Shown: in pieces, positions 8,606-18,638 of the stretch
How the letters are laid out: each line of letters opens with the position of its first letter
How positions within the stretch are numbered: position 1 is the first letter of the stretch
NCBI GenBank assembly: GCA_963666905.2
Contig: OY763008.1
Location: 3,924,071-3,988,070 of the forward strand
Origin: Alphaproteobacteria bacterium
GTDB taxonomy: Bacteria; Pseudomonadota; Alphaproteobacteria; SP197
Length of the DNA: 64,000 bases
Reading direction: 5' to 3'
Notes under the pieces: generated by a model
Database searches by the model: none
Seen by the model: only the letters and a program-made list of their open reading frames with translations
What the model was told of the DNA's origin: nothing
Position numbers and translations under genes: made by a program

Positions 8606-9094
8606 ATGCACGGCAGGGTTCGTGTGGCGGACGAGGTGTGGATTGCGGTCGCCTCCCTTCACCGTCGCCATCCGGAACGGGCGGATTTCGCGATCGGCGA
8701 GATCATGGCCCAGGCCGAAAAAGAAAATGTTACCGGAGTCAGACCGCTGCGCCCGGGGGTCAAGGTCCATGCCTACCTCCATTGCGTGGCCAACAGGCCG
8801 CCCAATCCCGGCCGCTACCGCATGCTCTTCGAGACCGCTGACGGGCGCCGACGCCTGTTCCGCCGGGGCGATCCGTGCCATCCTCTTCGGGTAACCGGAA
8901 AGGATACGCCGAAGCGCCACGAGATACCGGTCGCCTGGCACGGCCTGATTGACTGGTACCTCAGGGAGTACGAGAACCCGGCGCACGATGTCGCTGAAGA
9001 TCCGATTCTGGCGCTGCGCGGCCTGGGCAGGGAGATATGGGCTGACGAGAATGCGGATGCCTATGTCCTTCGCCAGCGGGCGGGCTGGCAATGA
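8606..9094 (+). CDS. hypothetical protein, putative antitoxin-like partner of the PIN toxin
   Basis: 162 aa. Its stop overlaps the start of the next gene (ATGA at 9091-9094). The C-terminal tail DPILALRGLGREIWADENADAYVLRQRAGW resembles tails of PIN-associated antitoxins. I do not recognise the N-terminal ~125 aa. Confidence 0.5.
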   Translation: MHGRVRVADEVWIAVASLHRRHPERADFAIGEIMAQAEKENVTGVRPLRPGVKVHAYLHCVANRPPNPGRYRMLFETADGRRRLFRRGDPCHPLRVTGKDTPKRHEIPVAWHGLIDWYLREYENPAHDVAEDPILALRGLGREIWADENADAYVLRQRAGWQ

Positions 9095-9513
9095 GCAGAA
9101 TCTTCTGGGATACGAACCTTTTTGTGTATTTGTTCGAAGACAAAGGTGAACTGACCGAAAGGGTCGTGACGTTGCGCGAGCGAATGATCGAACGTAATGA
9201 CGAACTGCTCACTTCCGCACTCACGCTGGGCGAAATCCTTGTCAAACCGACGGAAGCCGGAAACGACATCCTCGTGCGCCACTACAAACAGGCAATTACG
9301 GCCAGTTCCACCGTGGTGCCGTTCGACTGCGCCGCCGCTCCTCATTTTGCGGCTATTCGCCGAAATCGGGGAACTCGCCCTCCGGATGCCATCCAGCTCG
9401 CATGTGCCGCCGCCGCGGGTGTGGATTTGTTCATCACCAACGACGAGCGACTCAGCCGGCGCGTCGTGCCGGGCATTCACTTCATCCAGTCGCTCGCCGC
9501 AGCCGCACTTTGA
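9091..9513 (+). CDS. vapC: PIN-domain ribonuclease toxin (VapC-like)
   Basis: N-terminus IFWDTNLFVY and a C-terminal ITNDERL acidic motif. 140 aa, typical VapC size. Confidence 0.75.
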   Translation: MSRIFWDTNLFVYLFEDKGELTERVVTLRERMIERNDELLTSALTLGEILVKPTEAGNDILVRHYKQAITASSTVVPFDCAAAPHFAAIRRNRGTRPPDAIQLACAAAAGVDLFITNDERLSRRVVPGIHFIQSLAAAAL

Positions 9514-9716
9514 CCCTTGCACAGGGCGTGCCGACCGGAACCTCGGCAGAAGTTCCGGGGAATGCGGCTCGCGCGGCGGGCGTCTGTCTGGCCGGAGCGG
9601 GTTGATGGAGGTGGCTCGGATAGCGCGCCCGCCCTGCCGATGACCGGTCCGGTGTGCTCGCGGTTCGTCGAGGAGAGCGGGCTGCAGGGCTCCTCAAAAG
9701 TCAGCACCTGCGAGGG

Positions 9717-9725
9717 GTTGTGGAC
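9717..9725. repeat. 9-bp target-site duplication GTTGTGGAC (left)
   Basis: An identical 9-mer is found at 12074-12082, immediately outside the terminal inverted repeats. Confidence 0.8.
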
Positions 9726-12073
9726 CTTTCATCCGGACACGGTTGACTCTTTGCTCATGAGGCCGTACATCATGGCCCATGAGGATCGGCACTCGACATC
9801 TGGCGGCGGCGACGATTGACTGGCTGAAGGCGGCGGTCAAGGCCGACGGCAGCACGCGCTCGTCCCTGGCGCGGGGCTTGTGCGAGCGCGAGGACTGGCG
9901 CAACCCCAAGGGCGCCCTGTGCCTTGCCTCGGCGCGTGCGGCCCTGCCCGGTCTGGCTTCGGCGCTCGATCTGACTCTTCCGGCACCGCGGCCTCATGCC
10001 CTCAACACCGGCACCGTCGAGCGGGACTATCCCGACAAGCCGCTGGAGTGTGCCCTGAAGGACCTCGGCGAGGTTACCGTGGAGCCGGTGGCCGACGGCG
10101 CGGACAAGCGCCGTGCGCGCTCGATGATGGCGACCTGGCATCCCGAGGGCGAGGCCCGCTGTCCCGGGGCCCGGGTGAGCTACTGGATCACCTCGTCTGT
10201 CCACGGCCGCCTCGGCGGCCTGGTGTTCTCGGCGGCCGGCTGGCACCAGAAGGCGCGCGACCGCTTCATCGGCTGGTCCCAGGGGGCCCGCGACGCCCAT
10301 CTCGGCGAGGTGGTGAACAACGACCGCTTCCTGGTGCTGCCTTCGGTGACGGTCAAGGGACTGGCCTCCCATGCCCTGGCCCTGGCCTGCGCACGGCTGG
10401 CCACGGATTGGCACGCGAAGTACGGCACAACGCCGGTTCTGGCCTACACCTATGTGGGTCCCGGGCACGCCGGCACGAGCTACCGGGCGGCGGGCTGGCA
10501 GCGCTGTGCGGAAGCGACATCGGGCACGCCTCCCGGGGCCGACGGCCCGGGCGTGCGGCGCAGCGTGTGGATGAAGCCCCTGGCGCCCGACTGGCGGCAG
10601 GTGCTGTGCCGCGAGCCCGAGCGTGTCATGGGCCAGGCTCAGCCCCTGGCCGGCGACGGCGAGACCGACTGGGCGCGCCGCGAGTACGGCCGCAGCGGCC
10701 ACAGCGACGCGCGCATCCGCGAGCGCATTGTCACCATGGGCCGCGCGTGGAACGATCGTCCCGGAGAGGTCCTGCCGGTGATCTTCCCCGGCGAGGCGGA
10801 GCAGAGGGCGGCCTGGCGCCTGTTGTCGAACCCGAAGGTGACGATGGATCACATCCTCGAGGGGCATCAGGAGGCGATGGTGGAGCGCTGCCGCCCGCAG
10901 CGCCTGATCCTTGCCGTCCAGGACACGACGTTCCTTGACTACAACGGCCTGGAGGCGACCGAGGATCTCGTCGACATCGGCGGCGGCGGTTCGGGCACCC
11001 TCGGCATGGCGGCCCATGCCGGGGTCGCCTTCACCGAAGGCGGCTGTGCCCTGGGCCTGTTCCATCTCGATGCCGGCTTCCGCGTGCCGCCGGGTCTCGA
11101 GCCAGACGACAGGGAGAGCCGCCGCTGGCTGGACGGCTACGACAGGGCGGCGGAGCTGGCCGCGGCCTGTCCCGCGACACGGGTGCTGGTGATCTGCGAC
11201 CGTGAAGGCGACGCCTGGGACCTGCTGGAGAAGGGCGCCTCGCACGAGGTCGGTCTGCTGGTCCGCGCCAGCCGCTCGACACGGCGCCGTGTGGTCACCG
11301 CAACGGGGCCGCGGGAGCTGTGGGAGCACATGGCCGACGAGCCGTGCCTTGCCGTGAAGCGGATCGACATCGCAGCCTGCGGAGGACCACGCCGCCGCCA
11401 GGCGCGCAAGGGCGTCCGCCTCGAGGTCCGCGCCGCCATGGTCGACCTTGTGCCGCCGGGCAGGAAGCCTCGGGCGACGCCGCCGCTGTCGATGATGGCC
11501 GTGCACGTCACGGAACCCGCTCCGCCGGCGGAGCGGGAGCCCCTCGACTGGATGCTGCTCACCAGCGAAGGCGACGCCTGTGCCGCCGATGCCCTGAAGA
11601 CCGTCTCCTTCTACGAGAGGCGCTGGCTCATCGAAGAGTACTTCAGGGCCCTCAAGGTCGGCACACGGATCGAGGACCGCCGCCTCGACCAGGCCGACGA
11701 CCTGCGGAAGTGCCTGGCCTTCGACGCCATCACCGCATGCCGCGTCATGACCGTCGAGCGCCTCGCCCGAAGCGAGCCCGAGACGCCGGCAAGCCGCGTC
11801 GTCCACCGCGACGAGATCACCGTCCTGAACATCTACAAGGCCGGCAGGCAGCGCAAACAACGTGCGCCTCCCGACAGCGAACCGACCATCGAAGCCTTCG
11901 CCATCGAGGTGGCACGCATAGCAGGCTTCATTCCCAGAAAGCGCCAGCCCCTGCCGGGAACAGAGAAACTGTGGCAGGGCTACAAAATCCTCCTCACTTT
12001 CGTCGAAAACTACCGAATGATGCGAGAACTCGATATGCTGAAACAGCCGGAGTCAAGAGTGTCTGGTTGAAAG
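9726..12073 (+). mobile_element. IS4-family (Tn5/IS50-like) insertion sequence, 2,348 bp
   Basis: Terminal inverted repeats are CTTTCATCCGGACACGGTTGACTC and CTTTCAACCAGACACTCTTGACTC (20/24 identical). The element has a 9-bp direct repeat flank and a single transposase ORF. Confidence 0.8.
9779..12070 (+). CDS. IS4-family DDE transposase with long N-terminal extension
   Basis: The C-terminal ~475 aa align by eye to Tn5 transposase features (WRLLSNPKVT, LAVQDTTFLDY, YERRWLIEEYFRALK). The N-terminal ~285 aa are extra. Confidence 0.85.
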   Translation: MRIGTRHLAAATIDWLKAAVKADGSTRSSLARGLCEREDWRNPKGALCLASARAALPGLASALDLTLPAPRPHALNTGTVERDYPDKPLECALKDLGEVTVEPVADGADKRRARSMMATWHPEGEARCPGARVSYWITSSVHGRLGGLVFSAAGWHQKARDRFIGWSQGARDAHLGEVVNNDRFLVLPSVTVKGLASHALALACARLATDWHAKYGTTPVLAYTYVGPGHAGTSYRAAGWQRCAEATSGTPPGADGPGVRRSVWMKPLAPDWRQVLCREPERVMGQAQPLAGDGETDWARREYGRSGHSDARIRERIVTMGRAWNDRPGEVLPVIFPGEAEQRAAWRLLSNPKVTMDHILEGHQEAMVERCRPQRLILAVQDTTFLDYNGLEATEDLVDIGGGGSGTLGMAAHAGVAFTEGGCALGLFHLDAGFRVPPGLEPDDRESRRWLDGYDRAAELAAACPATRVLVICDREGDAWDLLEKGASHEVGLLVRASRSTRRRVVTATGPRELWEHMADEPCLAVKRIDIAACGGPRRRQARKGVRLEVRAAMVDLVPPGRKPRATPPLSMMAVHVTEPAPPAEREPLDWMLLTSEGDACAADALKTVSFYERRWLIEEYFRALKVGTRIEDRRLDQADDLRKCLAFDAITACRVMTVERLARSEPETPASRVVHRDEITVLNIYKAGRQRKQRAPPDSEPTIEAFAIEVARIAGFIPRKRQPLPGTEKLWQGYKILLTFVENYRMMRELDMLKQPESRVSG

Positions 12074-12082
12074 GTTGTGGAC
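12074..12082. repeat. 9-bp target-site duplication GTTGTGGAC (right)
   Basis: Matches 9717-9725 exactly. Confidence 0.8.
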
Positions 12083-12327
12083 AGGGTAGGGCGGGATCGA
12101 AGGCATCTTGCCGTCGTGTGAGAGCGGGACGCCCTTGATCCGTGGGTTTTCGCGTCAGCTACAGCCCGTAACAGCAAGCGTAGACGCCGTCGGCGACTTT
12201 TGAACAGACCTGGAGCGGGCGGCGAGTCCGTTGACTTGTGTCGTGGCGCGGTCATATTGTGCGCCTGCGAAGGACTGCCGCGGATTCCGACTCTTCCTGC
12301 CACAACAAGCGCTTGGAGACGCACGCC

Positions 12328-13077
12328 ATGAAAGTGCTCGTCCCGGTCAAGCGGGTCATCGACTACAATGTGAAGGTTCGCGTCAAGGCGGATCGCTCGG
12401 GCGTCGACCTCGCCAACGTCAAGATGTCGATGAATCCCTTCGACGAGATCGCCGTCGAGGAGGCGATCCGCATGAAGGAGGCGGGCTCGGCGACGGAGGT
12501 GATCGCCATCTCGCTGGGACCGACCCAGAGCCAGGAGACCCTGCGCACGGCGCTGGCCATGGGCGCCGACCGGGCCATCCACGTGGTCCATGACGGCGAT
12601 CTCGAGCCGCTGGCCGTGGCCAAGATGATCGCCAGGGTCGTGGAGGAGGAATCACCCGACATCGTCATTCTCGGCAAGCAGGCGATCGATGACGACGCCA
12701 ACCAGACCGGGCAGATGCTCGCCGGCCTGCTGGGCTGGGCCCAGGGCACCTTCGTTTCGAAGGTCGAGGCGGCGAACGGATCGCTCAAGGTGGTGCGCGA
12801 GGTCGACGGCGGCCTCGAGTCGGTCGCCCTGAAGCTGCCGGCGATCATCACGGTGGACCTGCGCCTCAACGATCCGCGCTACGCCTCGCTTCCCAACATC
12901 ATGAAGGCGCGCAAGAAACCGATCGACAAGCGGACGCCGGACGAGCTCGGCGTCGACGTCACCCCCCGCCTCAACGTCATCAGCGTCGAGGAGCCGCCGA
13001 AGCGCAAGAGCGGGATCAAGGTCGGTTCGGTGTCCGAACTGGTCGACAGGCTGCAAGACGACGCGGGAGCGATCTGA
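12328..13077 (+). CDS. etfB: electron transfer flavoprotein beta subunit
   Basis: [19 protein letters not shown] is a classic EtfB N-terminus. etfA follows 1 nt later. Confidence 0.85.
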   Translation: MKVLVPVKRVIDYNVKVRVKADRSGVDLANVKMSMNPFDEIAVEEAIRMKEAGSATEVIAISLGPTQSQETLRTALAMGADRAIHVVHDGDLEPLAVAKMIARVVEEESPDIVILGKQAIDDDANQTGQMLAGLLGWAQGTFVSKVEAANGSLKVVREVDGGLESVALKLPAIITVDLRLNDPRYASLPNIMKARKKPIDKRTPDELGVDVTPRLNVISVEEPPKRKSGIKVGSVSELVDRLQDDAGAI

Positions 13078-13078
13078 C

Positions 13079-14032
13079 ATGGCGATTCTGGTCTATGCCG
13101 AGCACGACAACCGGGAACTCTCTTCGGCGACGCTCAACACCGTGGCGGCGGCGTCCCTGATGGGAGGCGACATCCACGTGCTGGTGGCGGGCAGCGACTG
13201 CGCCGCGGTGGCCGCCGCCGCCGCGGCGGTGGCCGGCGTCTCGAAGGTCCTGGTGGCCGACGATGCCGCCCTCGGAGCCCAGCTTGCGGAGAACGTCGCG
13301 CCGCTCGTCGCCGGGCTTGCCCCGGACTACAGCCACGTCGTGGCCGCGGCGACCACCACCGGCAAGAACATCATGCCCCGCGCCGCCGCGCTTCTCGACA
13401 AGCAGCAGGTCTCCGACATCACCGGCGTGGCGGCGGCCGACACCTTCGTGCGGCCCATCTACGCGGGCAACGCGATGGCGACCGTCCGGTCGACCGACGA
13501 CATCAAGTTCGTCACGGTGCGCACGACCGCCTTCGACGGCGCGGCGGCCGAGGGCGGCTCGGCCGCGGTCGAGGCGGTGGCCGGCGCCGCCGACGCCGGA
13601 CTGTCGAGCTTCGAGGGCGCGGCGCTTTCCGGCAACGAGCGGCCCGAGCTCACCACGGCGCGCGTCGTCATCTCCGGCGGGCGCGGCATGAAGTCGGGCG
13701 ACAACTTCGCGATGCTCGAGGAGGTGGCCGACATTCTCGGCGCCGCCGTCGGCGCCAGCCGCGCCGCGGTGGACGCCGGGTACGTGCCGAACGACTACCA
13801 GGTGGGGCAGACCGGCAAGGTCGTGGCGCCGGAACTCTACATCGCCGTGGGAATCTCGGGCGCCATCCAGCACCTTGCGGGAATGAAGGACAGCAAGGTG
13901 ATAGCCTGCATCAACAAGGACGAGGAGGCGCCGATCTTCCAGGTCGCCGACTTCGGCCTCGTCGCCGATCTCTTCGATGCCGTGCCGGAGCTCAGGCAGG
14001 AACTCGAAAGCCGGGGTGTGCGGCCCCGCTGA
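13079..14032 (+). CDS. etfA: electron transfer flavoprotein alpha subunit
   Basis: Carries the FAD-binding C-terminal motif [19 protein letters not shown]. Confidence 0.85.
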   Translation: MAILVYAEHDNRELSSATLNTVAAASLMGGDIHVLVAGSDCAAVAAAAAAVAGVSKVLVADDAALGAQLAENVAPLVAGLAPDYSHVVAAATTTGKNIMPRAAALLDKQQVSDITGVAAADTFVRPIYAGNAMATVRSTDDIKFVTVRTTAFDGAAAEGGSAAVEAVAGAADAGLSSFEGAALSGNERPELTTARVVISGGRGMKSGDNFAMLEEVADILGAAVGASRAAVDAGYVPNDYQVGQTGKVVAPELYIAVGISGAIQHLAGMKDSKVIACINKDEEAPIFQVADFGLVADLFDAVPELRQELESRGVRPR

Positions 14033-14046
14033 CGGAAGGAGTGCCG

Positions 14047-14922
14047 ATGGAAATCAAGCGCATAGGCGTGATCGGTGCCGGCCAGATGGGATCGGGCATC
14101 GCCCATGTCTGTGCCCTGGCCGGCTACGACATCCTGTTGGTCGACAGCGAGCGCTCCATTGCCGAAGCCGGGTTCGAGGTGATCCGCAGCAACATGGAAC
14201 GCCAGCTCCGCCGGGACGTCATCGGCGGCGGGCAGATGGAGGAGGCCCTCTCGCGCATCGCCGTCGTCGACTCCTACGGCGACCTTGCCGACTGCGACTG
14301 CGTCATCGAGGCCGCCACCGAGAACGAGGCGGTCAAGAAGGACATCCTGGCCGAACTGACGTCGAGCCTGAAGGCCGAGGCGATCATCTGCACCAACACG
14401 TCCTCGATCCCGATCACGCGGCTTGCCGCGTCGACGGACCGGCCCGAGAAGTTCATGGGCATGCACTTCATGAACCCGGTGCCCATGATGAAGCTGGTGG
14501 AGCTGATCCGCGGACTGGCCACGGACGCCGAGACCTTTGCCGCCGTCCGCGAACTGACGCTGAAGCTGGAGAAGGTGCCGGCCAATGCCGAGGACTTCCC
14601 CGCCTTCATCGTCAATCGCATCCTCCTGCCGATGATCAACGAGGCGGTCTATGCCCTCTACGAGGGCGTCGGCACCGTGGAGTCGATCGACACCGCCATG
14701 AAGCTCGGCGCCAACCATCCCATGGGGCCGCTGGAACTCGCGGACTTCATCGGCCTCGATGTCTGCTACGCCGTCATGCAGGTGCTCTACGACGGCCTCG
14801 CGGACACGAAGTACCGGCCGTGTCCGCTGCTCGCCAAGTACGTCGAGGCCGGCTGGCTCGGCCGCAAGGCCGACCGGGGCTTCTACGACTACACGGGCGA
14901 GGTGCCGGTCCCGACCCGCTAG
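14047..14922 (+). CDS. hbd: 3-hydroxybutyryl-CoA dehydrogenase
   Basis: Rossmann motif [14 protein letters not shown], plus NTSS and [13 protein letters not shown] motifs of the 3-hydroxyacyl-CoA dehydrogenase family. Confidence 0.8.
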   Translation: MEIKRIGVIGAGQMGSGIAHVCALAGYDILLVDSERSIAEAGFEVIRSNMERQLRRDVIGGGQMEEALSRIAVVDSYGDLADCDCVIEAATENEAVKKDILAELTSSLKAEAIICTNTSSIPITRLAASTDRPEKFMGMHFMNPVPMMKLVELIRGLATDAETFAAVRELTLKLEKVPANAEDFPAFIVNRILLPMINEAVYALYEGVGTVESIDTAMKLGANHPMGPLELADFIGLDVCYAVMQVLYDGLADTKYRPCPLLAKYVEAGWLGRKADRGFYDYTGEVPVPTR

Positions 14923-14951
14923 TCCGTGGGCGCCGGAACGGGCCGGCCGCG

Positions 14952-15839
14952 ATGTGGTACCGGGGAACCAGGCGGCGCATCGTCCTGGCGGTCTGTCTGG
15001 CCGGCCTTGCCGCCGCCCCGGCGGTCTGGATCGCGACGCGCGACGACGACCGCATGGTGACGATCGCCGACTGCCAGGACATCCTCGATCTCTTCGAGAG
15101 TCTCGACTACCGCGCCGACACCTGGATGGCGCGGGAGATTCCGCGGCTCGCCTTCACCTGCAGCCCGGCGCGCTGGTGCTCCCTTGCCGGGGACCGCGTG
15201 CCCGTGGAGTTCAGGAAATCGGTGTTCCTGATGACCGCCGCTCCGCTCGTCCTCATGGCGAACGAGGCGATCGAGGCCCAGCGCGGCGCGATCACCGGGC
15301 CGCGCCGGGCGCGGGCCGGCCTCAAGGACCTGGCGCTGCGCTACGACGTCATCCACGAGCGCTCGTCGGCGCTGACGCCGGCGCATCTCGCCGAGCTGCT
15401 GCGCAGGGTCGACACCATCCCCGCTTCCCTGGCGCTCGCCCAGGGAGCCGAGGAGAGCGGCTGGGGCACGTCGCGCTTCGCCCTCGAAGGCAATGCCCTC
15501 TTCGGCCAGCTGGTCTGGGACGCAAGCGGCATGGCGCCCGAAGAGGCAAGGGAGGAGCTGGGATCCTACGGCGTCCGGAAGTTCCGCACACCGCTCGATT
15601 CGGCCGATGCCTACGCCTTCAACCTCAACACGCACCCGGCCTACGCCGGGTTCCGCAAGCTGCGGGCCGCCGGGCGGGCTTCGGGCCCGGAGCTTGCCGG
15701 GCATCTCGAGAGCTATTCGCAACGGCGGCGGGACTACGTCGAATCGCTCCTGGCGATCATCCGCGTCAACGGATTGCAGCGTCTCGACGGCGCCCGCCTC
15801 GCCGACGGTCCGGCCTGGATCGTCGCGCCCGGATGCTGA
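14952..15839 (+). CDS. glucosaminidase-domain (Bax-like) protein with N-terminal membrane anchor
   Basis: The motif [22 protein letters not shown] is typical of mannosyl-glycoprotein endo-beta-N-acetylglucosaminidase-like domains. Only the 3-prime third of the 620-aa track ORF looks like a real gene. Confidence 0.6.
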   Translation: MWYRGTRRRIVLAVCLAGLAAAPAVWIATRDDDRMVTIADCQDILDLFESLDYRADTWMAREIPRLAFTCSPARWCSLAGDRVPVEFRKSVFLMTAAPLVLMANEAIEAQRGAITGPRRARAGLKDLALRYDVIHERSSALTPAHLAELLRRVDTIPASLALAQGAEESGWGTSRFALEGNALFGQLVWDASGMAPEEAREELGSYGVRKFRTPLDSADAYAFNLNTHPAYAGFRKLRAAGRASGPELAGHLESYSQRRRDYVESLLAIIRVNGLQRLDGARLADGPAWIVAPGC

Positions 15840-15845
15840 GCCGGC

Positions 15846-17077
15846 TCAGCGGCCGCGCCGCAGGAGGAACCACGCGAAGCACAGCGCCTGGACGAGCGCC
15901 CATCCGCCGAAGGCGGCGAGATAGCCGGTGCGGCCGTGGCCGCCGGCCTCGCCGGGAAAGAGATTGAGCACCATGCCGACCGTGACCTGGAGGATGCCCC
16001 CGAGGGCGAAGGTGAAGAGCGCCAGGGTCGTGTTGACCCGTCCCGCCAGGGCCACGGGGAACCGCTGGGTCATGTCGGCGTAGAAGATGATGGCGGCGCC
16101 GCCGGTCGCCGCAAAGGCCGACGTCAGGATCCATGCGGGCAAGGGCGCGCCGACGGCGAGCAGGCCCTGGACGGCGATGAAGACCAGGGTGCCCGCGCCG
16201 GCGACGAGACCGACGGCGACGCCGCTGCGGCTGAGGCGTTCGGCGAGCCAGCCGAGAAAGGCGTAGCCCGCGATCATGGCAAGGCCGCCGGCAAAGAGGG
16301 CGTCGGCCGCGCGGGCCGCGTCGAGCCCGGCCACGTCCCTGAGCCACGGCCCGAACCACAGCGAGAGCGTCGAGATCCATGCGGCCTGGGCGGTCATGAC
16401 CAGAGGCGCGACCGACCAGAAGGCCCGGGACTTCAGGATCGTGCCCAGGCCCTGCAGCTGGTCCGCGAGGGTGACGGGTGCGCCCGGGACGCGGCGTTCC
16501 GGAACCGCAAGCCAGATGAGGGCGGCGACGGCGACGGTGACGAGAGCGAAGCCGATGAACATGTGCCGCCAGCCGATCAGTCCGATCATGAGGTGGACGG
16601 GCGTGGATGCGGCCACGGCGCCGGCGCCGCCGGCGGCGAGGATGAGGCCGTTGACGAGGGGGAGCTTCTGTTTCGGGAACCACAGGGCGAACATCTTCAT
16701 GGCGGCAAGCAGCCCTCCCGCCATGCCGATCCCCATGACGGCGCGGGCCACGGTGAGCGAGGTCGCGTCGCCGCCGCGGGCGAAGAGCAGCGCGCCGCAG
16801 GCCGCGACCAGCAGCAGGACGGCGTGGGTCCGGCGCGGTCCGAACCTGTCGAGCGCCATGCCGAGCGGCAGCTGCACGCTCGAGAAGGCGATGAAGTAGA
16901 TCCCCGTCAACAGGCCGACGGCGGCCGCGCCGATGGCCAGTTCCTCGACCAGAACCGGTCCGAGCACGGCGTTCACGGTCCGGAAAAGATAGGACAGGAA
17001 GTAGCCGGCGGCGAACGGCACGAAGATGCGCACCGTCAGAAACACGAGGCTGCGGGAAGCGGCGGCCGGAGAGGTCA
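15846..17077 (-). CDS. MFS transporter
   Basis: About 410 aa with 12 hydrophobic segments and the MFS loop motif GMALDRFGPRRT. It forms the 3-prime part of the spurious 1,335-aa track ORF. Confidence 0.7.
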
Positions 17078-17150
17078 TCCCCGGCGACGATCCATGCCGA
17101 TGGCGGCTGGGGCCATTTGCAATTGTCCCGACATGCTGTAAGCCGCTCTC

Positions 17151-18551
17151 ATGACATCTTCGAACAGCCGGAACAACCCGATCTGGGGAGGGCGGTTTCA
17201 GGAGGGCCCTTCGCAGATCATGGAGCGAATCAACGCCTCCGTGGGTTTCGATCACCGCCTGGCAAGGTTCGACATCAGGGGCTCGAAAGCCCATGCCGCC
17301 ATGCTGGCGGAAACCGGAATCATCACGCACGAAGACAACGACGCCATCCAGACGGGCCTCGACCGCATCGCGCTCGAGGTCGAGGCCGGCACGCTCGACT
17401 GGGACCCCGCCCTCGAGGACGTGCACATGAACATCGAGGCCAGGCTGCGCGACATCGTCGGGGAGCCCGCCCTGCGCCTGCACACCGCCCGCTCGAGGAA
17501 CGACCAGGTGGCGACCGGCCTGCGCCTGTGGATGCGCGAGACCGTCGATGCGCTCGATGCCGGCCTTGCCGGCCTCCAGGAGGCGCTCATCGGCCAGGCG
17601 GGCGAGCATGCGGCGACGATCATGCCGGGGCTGACCCACCTTCAGCCGGCACAGCCCGTCACCTTCGGCCACCACCTCCTGGCCTATGTCGAGATGTTCG
17701 GCCGCGACCGCGGCAGGCTCGCCGACTGCCGGCGGCGCATGAACGAATCGCCTCTGGGCGCGGCGGCCCTGGCCGGGACATCGTTCCCCGTCGACCGGGA
17801 GGCGACGGCCGCCGCGCTCGGTTTCGACCGGCCGGCCGCCAACTCCATGGACGCGGTGTCGGACCGGGATTTCTGCCTCGAGTTTCTCTCCTGCGGCGTC
17901 ATCACCGGCGTGCATCTCTCCCGCCTCGCCGAAGAGCTCATCCTGTGGACCGCCCCGGCCCTGGCCTTCGTGCGCCTTCCCGACGGGCTGACCACGGGAT
18001 CGTCGATCATGCCGCAGAAGCGCAACGCGGATGCCGCCGAGCTGGTGCGCGGCAAGACGGGGCGTCTCGCCGGGGCCTTCGTGGCGCTGGCCACGACCCT
18101 CAAGGCCATGCCCCTGACCTACGGCAAGGACATGCAGGAGGACAAGGAACCGGTCTTCGACGCCGCCGAAACGCTGATGCTCGCGATACCGGCGGCGACG
18201 GCGATGGTCCGGGGCATGGAGGTCGACCGCCGGTCCATGCGGGTGCACACCCGCGAGGGTTTCCTGACGGCCACCGACCTCGCGGACTGGCTGGTCCGCG
18301 CCAAGGGGCTGCCGTTCCGGGAAGCGCACCACGTGTGCGGCCGTCTCGTCGCCCTGGCCGAGGCCAGGGGATGCGACCTCGCCGGGCTGTCGCTCGACGA
18401 GATGCGGGATGTGGACGGGCGCATCGACGGATCCGTCCACGACGTCCTCACCGTGGAGGCTTCGGTCGCCAGCCGGACGAGCTATGGTGGCACGGCACCG
18501 GGACGGGTCGCCGAATCCGTCGAGACCGCCCGCAGGAGGTACCTGACATGA
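17151..18551 (+). CDS. argH: argininosuccinate lyase
   Basis: N-terminus [10 protein letters not shown] and the fumarate-lyase signature [15 protein letters not shown]. Confidence 0.9.
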   Translation: MTSSNSRNNPIWGGRFQEGPSQIMERINASVGFDHRLARFDIRGSKAHAAMLAETGIITHEDNDAIQTGLDRIALEVEAGTLDWDPALEDVHMNIEARLRDIVGEPALRLHTARSRNDQVATGLRLWMRETVDALDAGLAGLQEALIGQAGEHAATIMPGLTHLQPAQPVTFGHHLLAYVEMFGRDRGRLADCRRRMNESPLGAAALAGTSFPVDREATAAALGFDRPAANSMDAVSDRDFCLEFLSCGVITGVHLSRLAEELILWTAPALAFVRLPDGLTTGSSIMPQKRNADAAELVRGKTGRLAGAFVALATTLKAMPLTYGKDMQEDKEPVFDAAETLMLAIPAATAMVRGMEVDRRSMRVHTREGFLTATDLADWLVRAKGLPFREAHHVCGRLVALAEARGCDLAGLSLDEMRDVDGRIDGSVHDVLTVEASVASRTSYGGTAPGRVAESVETARRRYLT

Positions 18552-18634
18552 CGAGGAGAGCTGCCCTGATGGCGGCCCTGGCGGCCCTGCTGGCCGCCTG
18601 CGGGCGCAAGGGCGACCTGGAGGCGCCGGATTAG
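18548..18634 (+). CDS. small lipoprotein (28 aa)
   Basis: [28 protein letters not shown] contains a lipobox (LLAAC). It overlaps the argH stop (ATGA). A lipoprotein gene in this position between argH and lysA is conserved. Confidence 0.5.
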   Translation: MTRRAALMAALAALLAACGRKGDLEAPD

Positions 18635-18638
18635 ACCG

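Noticed and set aside
13977-15839. The 620-aa track ORF spanning the hbd region and the following gene.
   Set aside because: The first two-thirds is an out-of-frame read-through of hbd with an Arg/Pro/Gly-rich translation. Only the part from the ATG at 14952 has a signal-anchor and a glucosaminidase-like motif.
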